IMG/VR virus record: IMGVR_UViG_3300034072_000926
Span: 186,001 to 250,000 of that record
Direction: 5' to 3' (one strand)
Length of the DNA: 64,000 nt
Part shown: piece by piece, positions 37,409 to 46,964 of the stretch
Numbering within the stretch: position 1 is the first letter of the stretch
Layout: each line of letters starts with the position of its first letter
Position numbers and translations under genes: made by a program
Notes under the pieces: model-generated
Databases searched by the model: none
What the model was told of the DNA's origin: nothing
What the model saw: the letters and a program-made list of their open reading frames with translations, nothing else

Positions 37409-38758
37409 TTAGAGTTTCCTCCATTCGGTGCCGTGAACGCCATCGGCAAGCGCGATTCCTGCATCAGTAAGCTGCTGACGAATCTGATCCGCTCTCTCGT
37501 AATCTCGATTCGCACGAGCAGCTTGACGTGCCGCTATTAGCGACTCTACCCACACCTTGTCAACACCAAAGGTGCGCCACTGGTGAGGAGTTTGGTTAAA
37601 GAAACCAAGGAACTGAGCACATTTGATCAGTTGAGCCTTAGATTTTGCCTTTTCATTTCCACTTTCCAACGCATCAGCGAGTTCGTGGAGAATGGCAATA
37701 GCTTTGGTGGTATTCAGATCATGCTGGAGAGCATTCAGGAAATTCTCCGGCAGATCACAATCTTCGGCATAATTGACATCATCGTGCCGGTAGATCGTCT
37801 CATATAGACGATCCAACGACTTATAGGCCACATCCAGTTTCGACAATGTGAAGTCCATCGGACTACGATAATGTGACTGGAGGAAGAGATAACGAACTGC
37901 CTCGCCGGGATATTGCTCGACCAGCTCATTGAGGTAGATTACATTGCCCCGACTCTTCGACATCTTTTCGCTGTCGACGGTCAAAAGACCATTATGGATC
38001 CAGTTATTGGCCAGTGGCTTACCAATGGCGCAATGACTCTGAGCACATTCGGCTTCATGATGTGGAAAGCGAAGATCCTGTCCGCCGCCATGAATGTCGA
38101 TGGTCTGTTCATTAAACTCAGCAGCAATCATAGCTGAGCATTCAATATGCCAACCCGGTCGACCTTGACCCCAAGGACTATTCCACCAAGGCTCGCCCTC
38201 TTTTGCGGGCTTCCAGAGAATGAAGTCCCTTGGATCCTTTTTCTTTGGATCAACTTCGACTCGCGAACCACTTTCAAGGCTCTTGTGATTAGCAAGTCCA
38301 GGATGCGGGTTACTGGGAACATGGAAGAATACCTCACCCTTGCGGACATACGCATACTTCTGTTCAACGAGACGCTTAATTAGCGTCAGCATCCCTCTAA
38401 TGTTCTCTGTGGCTTTAGGCTCTACCGTTGGAGCCAAGCAATTGAGGGCAGCAAGGTCAGCGTGATATGCCTCGAGAGCCGGCTCGGTTATGGCCGAGAT
38501 ATCGACACCTTGCTCAATCGAAGCGTTGATGATCTTGTCATCAATATCCGTGACATTACGAGCATATCTGACTGCATTTTCACCATATGTATAGCGGAGC
38601 AATCGGAAGAGCTGGTCGAATACGATAGCGGGGCGAGCATTGCCAATGTGGGCCGGGCCATAAACGGTTGGTCCACAGACATACATGCTCACGTGATTTG
38701 GATCGAGCGGTGTGAACTCTCGCAGAGAACGCGACTGACTATCATAGAGTTTAATCAT
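37409..38758 (-). CDS. cysS: Cysteine--tRNA ligase
   Basis: CGPTVY, HIGN, GRPGWHIECSAM, DIHGGGQDLRFPHH, KMSKS. Confidence 0.95.
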   Translation of the reverse strand: MIKLYDSQSRSLREFTPLDPNHVSMYVCGPTVYGPAHIGNARPAIVFDQLFRLLRYTYGENAVRYARNVTDIDDKIINASIEQGVDISAITEPALEAYHADLAALNCLAPTVEPKATENIRGMLTLIKRLVEQKYAYVRKGEVFFHVPSNPHPGLANHKSLESGSRVEVDPKKKDPRDFILWKPAKEGEPWWNSPWGQGRPGWHIECSAMIAAEFNEQTIDIHGGGQDLRFPHHEAECAQSHCAIGKPLANNWIHNGLLTVDSEKMSKSRGNVIYLNELVEQYPGEAVRYLFLQSHYRSPMDFTLSKLDVAYKSLDRLYETIYRHDDVNYAEDCDLPENFLNALQHDLNTTKAIAILHELADALESGNEKAKSKAQLIKCAQFLGFFNQTPHQWRTFGVDKVWVESLIAARQAARANRDYERADQIRQQLTDAGIALADGVHGTEWRKL

Positions 38759-38764
38759 ACTGCC

Positions 38765-38792
38765 AGCTTACAGGAAAAAGGTTAGCTGTCAA
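38765..38792 (-). promoter_or_regulatory. Sigma70-like promoter, leaderless cysS transcript
   Basis: TTGACA-N16-TAAGCT, with the ATG 6 nt downstream. Confidence 0.5.
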
Positions 38793-39193
38793 CCAAAAGT
38801 CAATTTGAACAGAATAGCCATCCTGCGATCAGAGAACCTAGCAGTGAGTCGAAACTCAACTTTGCTATTGCGACCTGAAATTGCTTCTTCAAATGGATCA
38901 CCGGCATCAACTAGGAAACTGAAATGAACATTGCCTTGTGTTATGGTTTCCTTTGCCCATTCCATGATATTGATACCATTGAGATGGAAGTCAGGGCGAC
39001 ACAGAACATTGCGATGAGCCTGGTAGTCTGCCAGAGTTCCATATTCAACAGTTAGGAATGGAACCTTAACAGTTGCTCGATAGGGTTCGAGACGCCTCCA
39101 CCACTTATCGCGAAAGGCATAGACGTAATATCGCTCGTCACGATAGGGAATATCACCTCCACCGCGATGAAATGTTTTCTGCGTCCAGCTCAT
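38789..39193 (-). CDS. Small 'FKL-tail' family protein
   Basis: FSDRRMAILFKLTFG. Confidence 0.6.
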   Translation of the reverse strand: MSWTQKTFHRGGGDIPYRDERYYVYAFRDKWWRRLEPYRATVKVPFLTVEYGTLADYQAHRNVLCRPDFHLNGINIMEWAKETITQGNVHFSFLVDAGDPFEEAISGRNSKVEFRLTARFSDRRMAILFKLTFG

Positions 39194-39531
39194 CGTCCAC
39201 CCATCTGAAGTTTGAACATCAATGCACTATTGGGATCAGTGAATCGAACCCGAATAATGCAAGGATCTTCTTTAAGAAAAGAATAGCTTTTTGCGGGATA
39301 GACATCAAAGATGTATGATCCCTTTGCATTGTCTTTCAGCCACTCCTCTAGATCTTCGCCATTTGCATTGAAGAAGCTGCACTCGTTATTCCGACGTCTT
39401 GGACAGAGAAAGGTCTTGATTGTTCCTCCACGAACAATCGCTTCGGTCCAGGGCTTGAAGACTTTATGGAGACTGAACAAACGCAGATGCATCTTTGTGA
39501 TATGAACGTCTGTGTAGCGTCTAAATATCAT
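39190..39531 (-). CDS. Small 'FKL-tail' family protein
   Basis: LEEWLKDN...FTDPNSALMFKLQMGG. Confidence 0.6.
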   Translation of the reverse strand: MIFRRYTDVHITKMHLRLFSLHKVFKPWTEAIVRGGTIKTFLCPRRRNNECSFFNANGEDLEEWLKDNAKGSYIFDVYPAKSYSFLKEDPCIIRVRFTDPNSALMFKLQMGGR

Positions 39532-40354
39532 CCCCGAGATATTCCTTCAATGCAGCGGCACTGATTCCCTTGACAACCTTCTCCAGATCACAAGCGTAGA
39601 GACCAGCACAACTGAAACCATTCAGTTCGACCAGTTTAGCACCATTATCCGTAAGAGCAACATCACAGGTGTAGGCAATGTCAACTTGCCAAGGATGTTC
39701 TGCCACCTTCTGTGCTAGTTCTTCACATTCGGGGAGCCAATCACGACGAATGTCTAGTTTTCCATCCCAGCGATATTCAGAACCGGCAATGATCTTGCCA
39801 TCTGCGATTACAAAACGAAACTCGCCCTGGATATTCCTCAACGGAGCCATGAAGCAAAGGGTGTCGTTCATAACACCGCTAGTCTGTTCGAGTGTAGAGA
39901 TGTCATGGTCCACATTCTCGGACACCATACGCTGTCCGGCAAATGTCTTGTAACCACTATTGGGGCGAACGAACACCCCATTTGGACTCTGGTGGATTAT
40001 GAAATCTTTGACACGTTCTTTGAACATGGCCCAGGTCAAGAACTGTCCATCCGAATTCATGAACCAATCGAGTGGCAGATTGCTCATGTAGGAAGTAACC
40101 TGCGTGTTCAGGTTTACCCCGAGAGGACCAGGCTGTATCTTTGGAGACTGGACAGCTTTTACGAATTGATGAGAGCCATACATGACCACACACTTATTCT
40201 CAAGACCAGGTGGTTCACTATAGGTGCCATCGTCGTGACGATCGACAAAGATCACTTCGTGCCCAGCCGCCTGTGCATAGTGATCGATGGTATGGCGGTC
40301 ATACGAGAGTTTCTCGAGAATGCCGCGGTCTAAGAGCCAGATAACAGGAGCCAT
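39521..40354 (-). CDS. ATP-grasp domain protein (R2K/DUF4343-like)
   Basis: 'FVRPNSGYKTFAG', 'EFRFVIADGKII', 'CDVA...LVELNGFSCAGLY'. Confidence 0.75.
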   Translation of the reverse strand: MAPVIWLLDRGILEKLSYDRHTIDHYAQAAGHEVIFVDRHDDGTYSEPPGLENKCVVMYGSHQFVKAVQSPKIQPGPLGVNLNTQVTSYMSNLPLDWFMNSDGQFLTWAMFKERVKDFIIHQSPNGVFVRPNSGYKTFAGQRMVSENVDHDISTLEQTSGVMNDTLCFMAPLRNIQGEFRFVIADGKIIAGSEYRWDGKLDIRRDWLPECEELAQKVAEHPWQVDIAYTCDVALTDNGAKLVELNGFSCAGLYACDLEKVVKGISAAALKEYLGDDI

Positions 40355-40395
40355 CCGTCCTATCTAAGGACGGATGGCCTATCTGTCAACCACAT

Positions 40396-40725
40396 TTAAG
40401 CGGCGTAACGCTGCTCAAAAGGGAGTTCGGTTTGGATTTCTGTCGCCTCATCAATCGGAGTGACGACGAGATTGGCTTCTGCCATGATGCCGAACATGAT
40501 CTTGCGAAGCTGTTGCGCCATCTTGATCGCCTTAACATCCGAATCCATTACTGGATCGGTTCGGATCTTGTGGAGCTCTGCCTTCGCCGACTTTCTGGCA
40601 TCGTTGAGGAGCATTGTTGTGAATGCTTCTTCGACTTGGTCCGGAGTAACCGGCTTCCCCTCAGCTAGTAACTCAGGGGCAATGTGCTGGATATCCATAT
40701 TGAACGAAATATTGAACTTGGACAC
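40396..40725 (-). CDS. Hypothetical protein
   Basis: GTG start with GGAG RBS inside a long hairpin. Confidence 0.55.
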   Translation of the reverse strand: MSKFNISFNMDIQHIAPELLAEGKPVTPDQVEEAFTTMLLNDARKSAKAELHKIRTDPVMDSDVKAIKMAQQLRKIMFGIMAEANLVVTPIDEATEIQTELPFEQRYAA

Positions 40726-40889
40726 ATTCGATCTCCACTGTGAAGCGTCTCGACTTAGAGCACAAACCCATTATTCGACGATTAACAATAGTTCTAAGCC
40801 GATCTCTTGCCAGTGGCATCTGCCCTAGCACTTCTCGATTTATATGGTTACAGGATAGAGTCAAGCGGAAATATGACTATTACGGGAAA

Positions 40890-41207
40890 TTAAGTATTAC
40901 TACGGAAATATGACAAAAACAAAGGTATCTGTGGTTTGTCGTGGAGGAAGTAAGGACTCAGCTTGAAATAGAGAGCTTCTCGCACATCGATGAACAAAAT
41001 TCGGATATATGTATGATTTGTATGGTCTTCTTGCTGCACCTCCTCAAGGTGCTCAAGGGTCCACTCGCTCTTACAGTTCTTCAAGAGCCAGATCTCTATG
41101 AAACTATAGAGTAAATCTACTTTTAACTTTGTTAGGTGCGAAACTTCGAGAACGACGGTAAAGCCGTTTTCCAAGATCTGAGGATGAGTTGTCCGCAGTA
41201 GGTGCAT
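40890..41207 (-). CDS. Small 'FKL-tail' family protein
   Basis: IEIWLLKN...FIDVREALYFKLS. The ATG at 41207 sits 4 nt after TAAATA. Confidence 0.5.
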   Translation of the reverse strand: MHLLRTTHPQILENGFTVVLEVSHLTKLKVDLLYSFIEIWLLKNCKSEWTLEHLEEVQQEDHTNHTYIRILFIDVREALYFKLSPYFLHDKPQIPLFLSYFRSNT

Positions 41208-41265
41208 ACTGTATTTATGAACTATAACACAGTCCACAAATACAGTCATGCTTCGAAGGAGGAAG

Positions 41266-42471
41266 TTATTCCGTATCCTTTGCGTCCCTCAAGGCATACC
41301 AGCTTTGGCCGCCCCAAAGATGACGGATATTATCCACTTTGCCTTGACTGGAAAGGCTATTTCCTACGAGGTTGACCAAATACTCGTAGAGGCTAGCCTC
41401 TCCTTCTTCTAGGTGATCCCACATCCAGAACTTCACACCATTGGTGATCTTGTCTGAACCCTGAAGGTTCTTCTCCGCAAACTTCTTTTTGCTACCGTTG
41501 AAGTTGTCGAAGTCGGCCTGAACCTCCCAGTAGAGATCACTTGCAAGCTTCTTAAGGCTTTCGAAGATTATTTTGCCAAATGTCTCGGTCTTCTCGATGA
41601 GATCCTCAGGCAAGAATGGCTTTGCGTCATCGAGCTTGTTCTCAATGATTAAGCGAATGACATCCTTCTCAAGGGTTAGATGCTCAAGCGTCTTATGAAG
41701 CTGAGAATACCATTCGCCCTTGAGCTTCAGCATCGTGCCATCGGCCCAACGGAAGACGTCGCCTTCCTCGCCCTCTAGCGCACGAATCTCCTCAATGACT
41801 TCCTCGTCAAAGCCTTCCAGTTCATAGGAGAAGCTGCATACAGGAATACCATATGCCTCAGCTTCTTCCTTGAGCATCGGAGCATTCATATACTCACCGG
41901 ATTCGTTCTCACGAAGCGCAGTTAGGATCAGACTGGTCACTGGATAGTCGATGACGATACGCTGAATGCGCGAGCACCATTCGAAGATTGGTGTCCAACC
42001 CTGGCTCATCCAATACTTACAGAACTCGTGATACTCAACTTTGTCCGCTGCCCAGGTATCCACAGGAGCAGCAACTCCGGTCAAACCCATCTTGGTGCAG
42101 AAACGAACACTACCGTCAATCAACAGAGGAGTGATCATCGAACCATCGAGCTTCTTGAAGCGACGGTATGGCGAATCCCAATCCACGGCCGAAATCTGAG
42201 TCTCAGGACGCTCTCCAAGATTGAAGAACTTGTGATATTTGCGTGACAGCACCTTGCCCGTAGCGGTATCGAAGGTAATACCACGACACTCGCGAAGGAT
42301 AGCGGTGCGCTCATCGACTACCGGAGGGAAGGTATCCTCAAAATTAACGAGATAGTTGATTACCGTGTAGCCGTGCTCTTCATCGACCTTAACAACGAAC
42401 TCGTCCCGGCCTTCAATCGCACTGAGCACTTGATTGATGTGAGTGATGCGAGGAAAGGTATAGGCAGTCAT
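41266..42471 (-). CDS. RNA ligase 1 (T4 Rnl1-like)
   Basis: 'ECRGITF', 'KFFNLGE', motif I KKLDGSMI, 'TPIFE', 'EG', 'KLKGEWY'. Confidence 0.9.
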   Translation of the reverse strand: MTAYTFPRITHINQVLSAIEGRDEFVVKVDEEHGYTVINYLVNFEDTFPPVVDERTAILRECRGITFDTATGKVLSRKYHKFFNLGERPETQISAVDWDSPYRRFKKLDGSMITPLLIDGSVRFCTKMGLTGVAAPVDTWAADKVEYHEFCKYWMSQGWTPIFEWCSRIQRIVIDYPVTSLILTALRENESGEYMNAPMLKEEAEAYGIPVCSFSYELEGFDEEVIEEIRALEGEEGDVFRWADGTMLKLKGEWYSQLHKTLEHLTLEKDVIRLIIENKLDDAKPFLPEDLIEKTETFGKIIFESLKKLASDLYWEVQADFDNFNGSKKKFAEKNLQGSDKITNGVKFWMWDHLEEGEASLYEYLVNLVGNSLSSQGKVDNIRHLWGGQSWYALRDAKDTE

Positions 42472-42510
42472 GTGTGGCCCCTAGGCTGAAAATCGATCTA
42501 GGAGTAAGAG

Positions 42511-42536
42511 TGTGGGGAGTCCTAGGACTCCCCACA
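42511..42536. repeat. Perfect 26-bp palindrome within a structured clpP-ligase intergenic region
   Basis: TGTGGGGAGTCCTAGGACTCCCCACA. Confidence 0.8.
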
Positions 42537-42559
42537 TGGCCACACAATGTGGTTAGGAA

Positions 42560-43177
42560 TTAACGGTGTTCTTTGACTTCGTCGCCGAGACCCATCTCAA
42601 CAGCTTCCTGTGCCGAGAGGAAGGTGTCGAACTTCATCGTCTCAAACATCTCGTCATAGGACTTGCCTGCAGTGTTGTGACGCACATACAGTTCAGTCAG
42701 GCGTTCGTTGATGCGCTTGCTCTCTTCCATCGAACGAACAGCATCTTCGAACTGGAGTTCCTGAACGTGAACCGAACCCGAAGTGCCACGAGTGCCCGAC
42801 GACACACGATGGATCATCGTGCGCGACTCGGGAAGCAGATAACGCTTACCAGCTGCGCCTGCCTGAGCCAGGAAGGAACCCATCGAACAAGCCTGACCCA
42901 TAACGAGGGTGCAAACGTCAGGCTTGATGAAGCGCATGGTGTCGTAGATTGCCAGACCGGCAGTCACTGCGCCACCTGGCGAGTTGATGTAGAGCCAGAT
43001 GTCCTTTTCCGAATCTTCCGATTCGAGGAAGAGAAGCTGGGCGCACACAATCTGAGCCATGTGGTCTTCAACCTCACCATTGAGGAAGATGATGCGCTCC
43101 TTGAGCAAACGGGAGTAGATATCGTATGCGCGTTCGCCACGATTGGTAGTTTCGATGACTGTTGGAACCAGTGCCAT
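42560..43177 (-). CDS. clpP: ATP-dependent Clp protease proteolytic subunit
   Basis: [31 protein letters not shown] (catalytic Ser), MIH. Confidence 0.95.
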   Translation of the reverse strand: MALVPTVIETTNRGERAYDIYSRLLKERIIFLNGEVEDHMAQIVCAQLLFLESEDSEKDIWLYINSPGGAVTAGLAIYDTMRFIKPDVCTLVMGQACSMGSFLAQAGAAGKRYLLPESRTMIHRVSSGTRGTSGSVHVQELQFEDAVRSMEESKRINERLTELYVRHNTAGKSYDEMFETMKFDTFLSAQEAVEMGLGDEVKEHR

Positions 43178-43244
43178 AATACGTAGAACTCCTTAATTGC
43201 TCAATCGGTTTAGCACCGCGTATTTCTTACTATCAATATTCTTT

Positions 43245-43559
43245 TTAAGAAATTTGCCACGCCTGGTGACCACCGCGTAGCTTGAACATCAACGCGTCAT
43301 TCTTGTCCTGAAACCGAACAACCATCGTATGATCGTTGGTCTTGCGGGACTTTGGATGTTGGTAGCAGTAAGAAGCCCATTGACCCGGATTGTTCTCACG
43401 GAGCCAGTCCTGGACTTTCTTTATTGATTCCCAGCTATCGGGAATATTGAACTGAACGCGAGTCCAGTTGAGGTTCATTGGACCCTGACTATGTTGTCTA
43501 AATAGCTCAGTTGTCGGGACTTCAAAGTTTGTGAATGTAATCTGTTCGGGCTGTTCCAT
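43245..43559 (-). CDS. Small 'FKL-tail' family protein
   Basis: VQDWLREN...FQDKNDALMFKLRGG. Confidence 0.6.
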   Translation of the reverse strand: MEQPEQITFTNFEVPTTELFRQHSQGPMNLNWTRVQFNIPDSWESIKKVQDWLRENNPGQWASYCYQHPKSRKTNDHTMVVRFQDKNDALMFKLRGGHQAWQIS

Positions 43560-43715
43560 AATCCTATGTTATGGTTTCTGCACTACAGATGTCTATAATG
43601 TCTTACAACTTTTACAGCTTTGAAACGCTCAACGAGCACGACAAGCAACCCTTGCGATCATGTGGTCTAGCAGGGCAATATCGACGGTTAGCGGGCTTGA
43701 TAGCGCAGTCATGAG

Positions 43716-43744
43716 AACAAGAGGGAAGTTGCCTCCCCTCTTGT
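43716..43744 (-). terminator. Intrinsic terminator after the vWA gene
   Basis: ACAAGAGGGGAG-GCAA-CTTCCCTCTTGT-TCTC on the minus strand. Confidence 0.65.
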
Positions 43745-43764
43745 CCTTGTGTTGGTCGAAGCTG

Positions 43765-45054
43765 TTACGCGGCGCGCTTGGCCTCGTCCTTCACATAATA
43801 TGCGGTCATGCCGAAGGGAGCAACGATGTTGGTGTTGCCGTGGACCACGAACAGCGTGTCGCAGTAGTCCTCTTCGCCCCACGTGCCGCAGGGATAACCG
43901 TCCGTGAACATGACGAACTTCTTGGGTTCGATTGCATCGCCCAGACCCTCGACATCGCCGAAGCCATAGCCGGCCGGATCGCGCATGAACTCCCAGTTGC
44001 ACTCAAACATGGTGCCACCGCCACCCTTGGGATCATAGCTCATGATCTCGTCCAGGTTGTTTGCCGTGAAGACCGCCGGGTTATAGACGCGAGTGTCGAA
44101 CGTCCACAGGGTCAGCTTGAACTCGTCGAACGTCTCCATGATGCCCTTAGTTTCCGAAAGGAAGTCGCGGAGCATTTCGTCGGTCATCGAACCCGAGGTG
44201 TCGATGCAGACTGCAACGTCGACGGTGTCCTTGAAGTTGCTGCCGGGCAGGATGACCGTTGCGCCACCGTCCACGCCCCACGAGCGCTTGCTCGGACGGT
44301 TGAAGGTGTAGTCGTCCTTGATCGAGGACTGGATGTGCATTTCCAGAAGGGTGCGCCAGTCCATGATGGGGTTGGTGAAGTCCTCGATGAGACGCTTGAC
44401 GCCCGCAGGGACCTTGCCGGCGCCCACGGCCTGAGCAGCATTGATCGTCGCAGCCTTGATTTCGTTGCGGATCTTTTGCTTGTCCTCTTCGGTCAGCTGG
44501 GGAGGACCATCGGGGCCGCCCTGGACAGTAACCGTAACGGTCTTGCCGCCGCTGTTGCCATCTTCGTCGCCTTCGCCGTCGCTGCCGTCCATTTCCAGAT
44601 GCTCGTCCAGGGTCATCTGGAACTTGGTCTGGTTCTGTTCGAGCAGGCGATACACCTCTTCCGACGTCATTTCGTCGGTGTATTTGTCGTCATACAGGCC
44701 GCCCTGGGGCATCTTGCCCAGCTTTTCCTTGACGAGGGTGTAATTGACGATATAGTCGTTCGCCATGTTCCACAGTTTGTGTTCACGCGAGCCCTTGCGA
44801 CCAAGGTGGTCGTAAACGCAGTGAAGCACTTCGTGGCCAATGAGGAACAGCAGTTCGTCGGGCGTCAGCGCCTTGATGAATTCGCGGTTGTAATAGAGCT
44901 TGCGGCCGTCGGTTGCAGCGGTCTTGCACCACTTGGTTGCATCGACGAGCTCCATGCGCGTAGCGAGGTTACCGAAGAACGGCTGGTTGAAGAGAAGACC
45001 CACACGCGCCTGCACAATGGCCTGGACGACGGGATCTGACATATTTGCTGCCAT
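43765..45054 (-). CDS. HExxH metallopeptidase-like + vWA domain protein (DUF2201-type)
   Basis: TAATDG, HEVLH, MIDAS DTSGS, GGGT, FTDG. Confidence 0.85.
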   Translation of the reverse strand: MAANMSDPVVQAIVQARVGLLFNQPFFGNLATRMELVDATKWCKTAATDGRKLYYNREFIKALTPDELLFLIGHEVLHCVYDHLGRKGSREHKLWNMANDYIVNYTLVKEKLGKMPQGGLYDDKYTDEMTSEEVYRLLEQNQTKFQMTLDEHLEMDGSDGEGDEDGNSGGKTVTVTVQGGPDGPPQLTEEDKQKIRNEIKAATINAAQAVGAGKVPAGVKRLIEDFTNPIMDWRTLLEMHIQSSIKDDYTFNRPSKRSWGVDGGATVILPGSNFKDTVDVAVCIDTSGSMTDEMLRDFLSETKGIMETFDEFKLTLWTFDTRVYNPAVFTANNLDEIMSYDPKGGGGTMFECNWEFMRDPAGYGFGDVEGLGDAIEPKKFVMFTDGYPCGTWGEEDYCDTLFVVHGNTNIVAPFGMTAYYVKDEAKRAA

Positions 45055-45079
45055 GGAAACCTTCCTTTCTTGTCTGCCC

Positions 45080-45107
45080 ATTATAACATGAGCAAACTCT
45101 TTGTCAA
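45080..45107 (-). promoter_or_regulatory. Consensus sigma70 promoter
   Basis: TTGACA-N16-TATAAT. Confidence 0.75.
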
Positions 45108-45119
45108 CCTATTTGGCAT

Positions 45120-45153
45120 AAAAACGGGGTGGAATGTTGCCACTCCACCCCGT
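45120..45153 (-). terminator. Intrinsic terminator after the AAA gene
   Basis: ACGGGGTGGAG...TTCCACCCCGT-TTT on the minus strand. Confidence 0.7.
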
Positions 45154-45180
45154 CCCGTTAGGCCACGGGAACCGTTTGGA

Positions 45181-46383
45181 TCAAGCGCCCAGGATCAGGT
45201 CCTGATACTTGTCCGAGAAGTCGTCCCAGTTCTTCATGCCCGAAGGATCGAACTGGATCTTGAAGATCGCCAGTGCGGTGCGCGCACCCATGATCACCAT
45301 TTCGGACTGGAAGTTGCCCATCATGAAGCCGAGGAAGTTATCCACGTTCGTGTTGAACTTCTTCTTGTCTTCGGCCTTGGCGCCCTTGCCGGCGTTGGTG
45401 TCGAAGCGGTCCTTCAGCTCGTAGCACAGAGCGGTCGTCAGTGCATACATCAGCGAGATGTCAGCGCCCTTCTTCAGCTCAGTGACCTTGCCTTCCAGAA
45501 TGTCGCTGGCGGCGGGCAGGTTTGCCGCGTTCTTGCGGTATTCCAGGAACTTGACCGCGATACCGTCGCCGACGGCGCCGGCGATCAGTGCCATCTGGAC
45601 GCTTTCCGGCAGATTCGGATCACCGCGCAGGATATCCGAAACGCTTTCCCACGAACGAGGGGTCGGGAAGCCACGCGATGCGCTCGTCGCTTCGAACTGG
45701 AACAGTTCGTGCTTGAAGGCAGTCAGGTAGCCGACCACGGCCTGGTGGAACTGGGTGTTCAGCGCGAAGGTCTGGAAGTCTTCGAAGTCGACCCGCATTT
45801 CGATGTGCGTGAAGCGATTCAGCAGCGGGGTCGGCATCTTGAACGTGGCGCCCTTGTCGGTGTCACGGTTGCCGGCGGCCATCACGATCACGTTGGTCGG
45901 GCAGACCCATTCGCCGAGCGCGCCGTCCAGAACGATCTGGTAAGAACCAGCCTGGACCGAAGGAGCAGCGTTGGGAAGTTCGTCGAGCAGGATGATCGCA
46001 CCATCATAATTGTGGCCGAAATCGTCGGTGATGACTGCGCGACCCTTTTCGTCGCCGGCGGTGCGCTTGGGCAGCATTGCCGGGATCGCCCATTCCACAT
46101 ATGCACGACCTTCGTCGTTCTTGAAGGGAACCGGGATGCCGCGAAGGTCAGTGGGTTCCATCTGCGTCAGTCGAATGTCGATGAGCTTGTAGTTCAGCTC
46201 GTCGGCGACCTGTTCGACGACCGAGGACTTTGCGATGCCGGGAGCGCCCCAGATGAACAGACCACGGCGCTTCTTGCCGATTTCTGCGTTCTTGAGGTTC
46301 ACTTCCACCATGTGCTTGATTGCAATGGCAGCTTCCGACGGCTTCACCGTCAGCGTGTCGATACGATTTGCCTTCTTGGACAT
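45181..46383 (-). CDS. MoxR-like AAA+ ATPase
   Basis: Walker A GAPGIAKS, Walker B ILLDE, AAGN, NRF, TPRSW. Confidence 0.9.
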   Translation of the reverse strand: MSKKANRIDTLTVKPSEAAIAIKHMVEVNLKNAEIGKKRRGLFIWGAPGIAKSSVVEQVADELNYKLIDIRLTQMEPTDLRGIPVPFKNDEGRAYVEWAIPAMLPKRTAGDEKGRAVITDDFGHNYDGAIILLDELPNAAPSVQAGSYQIVLDGALGEWVCPTNVIVMAAGNRDTDKGATFKMPTPLLNRFTHIEMRVDFEDFQTFALNTQFHQAVVGYLTAFKHELFQFEATSASRGFPTPRSWESVSDILRGDPNLPESVQMALIAGAVGDGIAVKFLEYRKNAANLPAASDILEGKVTELKKGADISLMYALTTALCYELKDRFDTNAGKGAKAEDKKKFNTNVDNFLGFMMGNFQSEMVIMGARTALAIFKIQFDPSGMKNWDDFSDKYQDLILGA

Positions 46384-46429
46384 TTGAACTCCTTATAGTG
46401 GCCTAACGGTTACTAACAACCTATCTGCA

Positions 46430-46457
46430 CCTATAACACCTAAAAGCGGCATGTCAA
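46430..46457 (-). promoter_or_regulatory. Sigma70-like promoter
   Basis: TTGACA-N16-TATAGG. Confidence 0.55.
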
Positions 46458-46568
46458 CCAACTTTTTAATGTTTTCGGTGAAGGAGTTTGTTTGTCCCCG
46501 CCGCTGTTTGCTGGTTAGCGGGACATTATAAGAAATGCAATATAGAAAATGACTACGTGGTGATTTTT

Positions 46569-46964
46569 CTAGCTAACAAAGGCTTGGATAAGGGTATCCA
46601 GATCTCCGACCAGTTTTGCCTTCATGGCTAGATCGGGTTCAAATAGCTGAATCGTGATGGGAAGATAGTTCGTTGTATACCAAGGCATGCGACACATTCG
46701 ATCTAGGTACAATATATGACGGCTCGAGAAAATCTGCTGATCAGGGAATACCACTTCAAATTTCTTGAAGTAGCTAGACATGATCGCTAGACCACCCTGG
46801 CTCAATTGCAAGCCATGCTTGTTATCATTCCCTCCACGGAAATTCACAAACATCATGCGAATGATCTCTTCGTCAGACATGCCAGGTAGCTGCGAAGCCG
46901 CGGCGACAGGTTTATCCTCCATCGCTTTGCGGATCGCAGCTACTATGACGTAATGGACGCTCAC
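46569..46964 (-). CDS. Hypothetical protein
   Basis: Coupled ORF ending in TAG; weak 'FEPDLAMKAKL' resemblance to the FKL tail. Confidence 0.55.
   Translation of the reverse strand: MSVHYVIVAAIRKAMEDKPVAAASQLPGMSDEEIIRMMFVNFRGGNDNKHGLQLSQGGLAIMSSYFKKFEVVFPDQQIFSSRHILYLDRMCRMPWYTTNYLPITIQLFEPDLAMKAKLVGDLDTLIQAFVS

Noticed and set aside
42472-42537. Upstream ATG...TAG in frame with the RNA ligase, as a possible third amber-gated gene
   Set aside because: The ATG has no RBS and lies within palindromic structure, the ligase is complete from 42471, and in-frame placement has a 1-in-3 chance.
43560-43715. Small ORFs on either strand of this intergenic gap
   Set aside because: They are short (under 45 codons) with no convincing RBS or motif, so cannot be supported.
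43660-46398. Long + strand ORFs of 459 aa and 442 aa
   Set aside because: Antisense shadows of the vWA and AAA genes caused by strong codon bias; no motifs or RBS.
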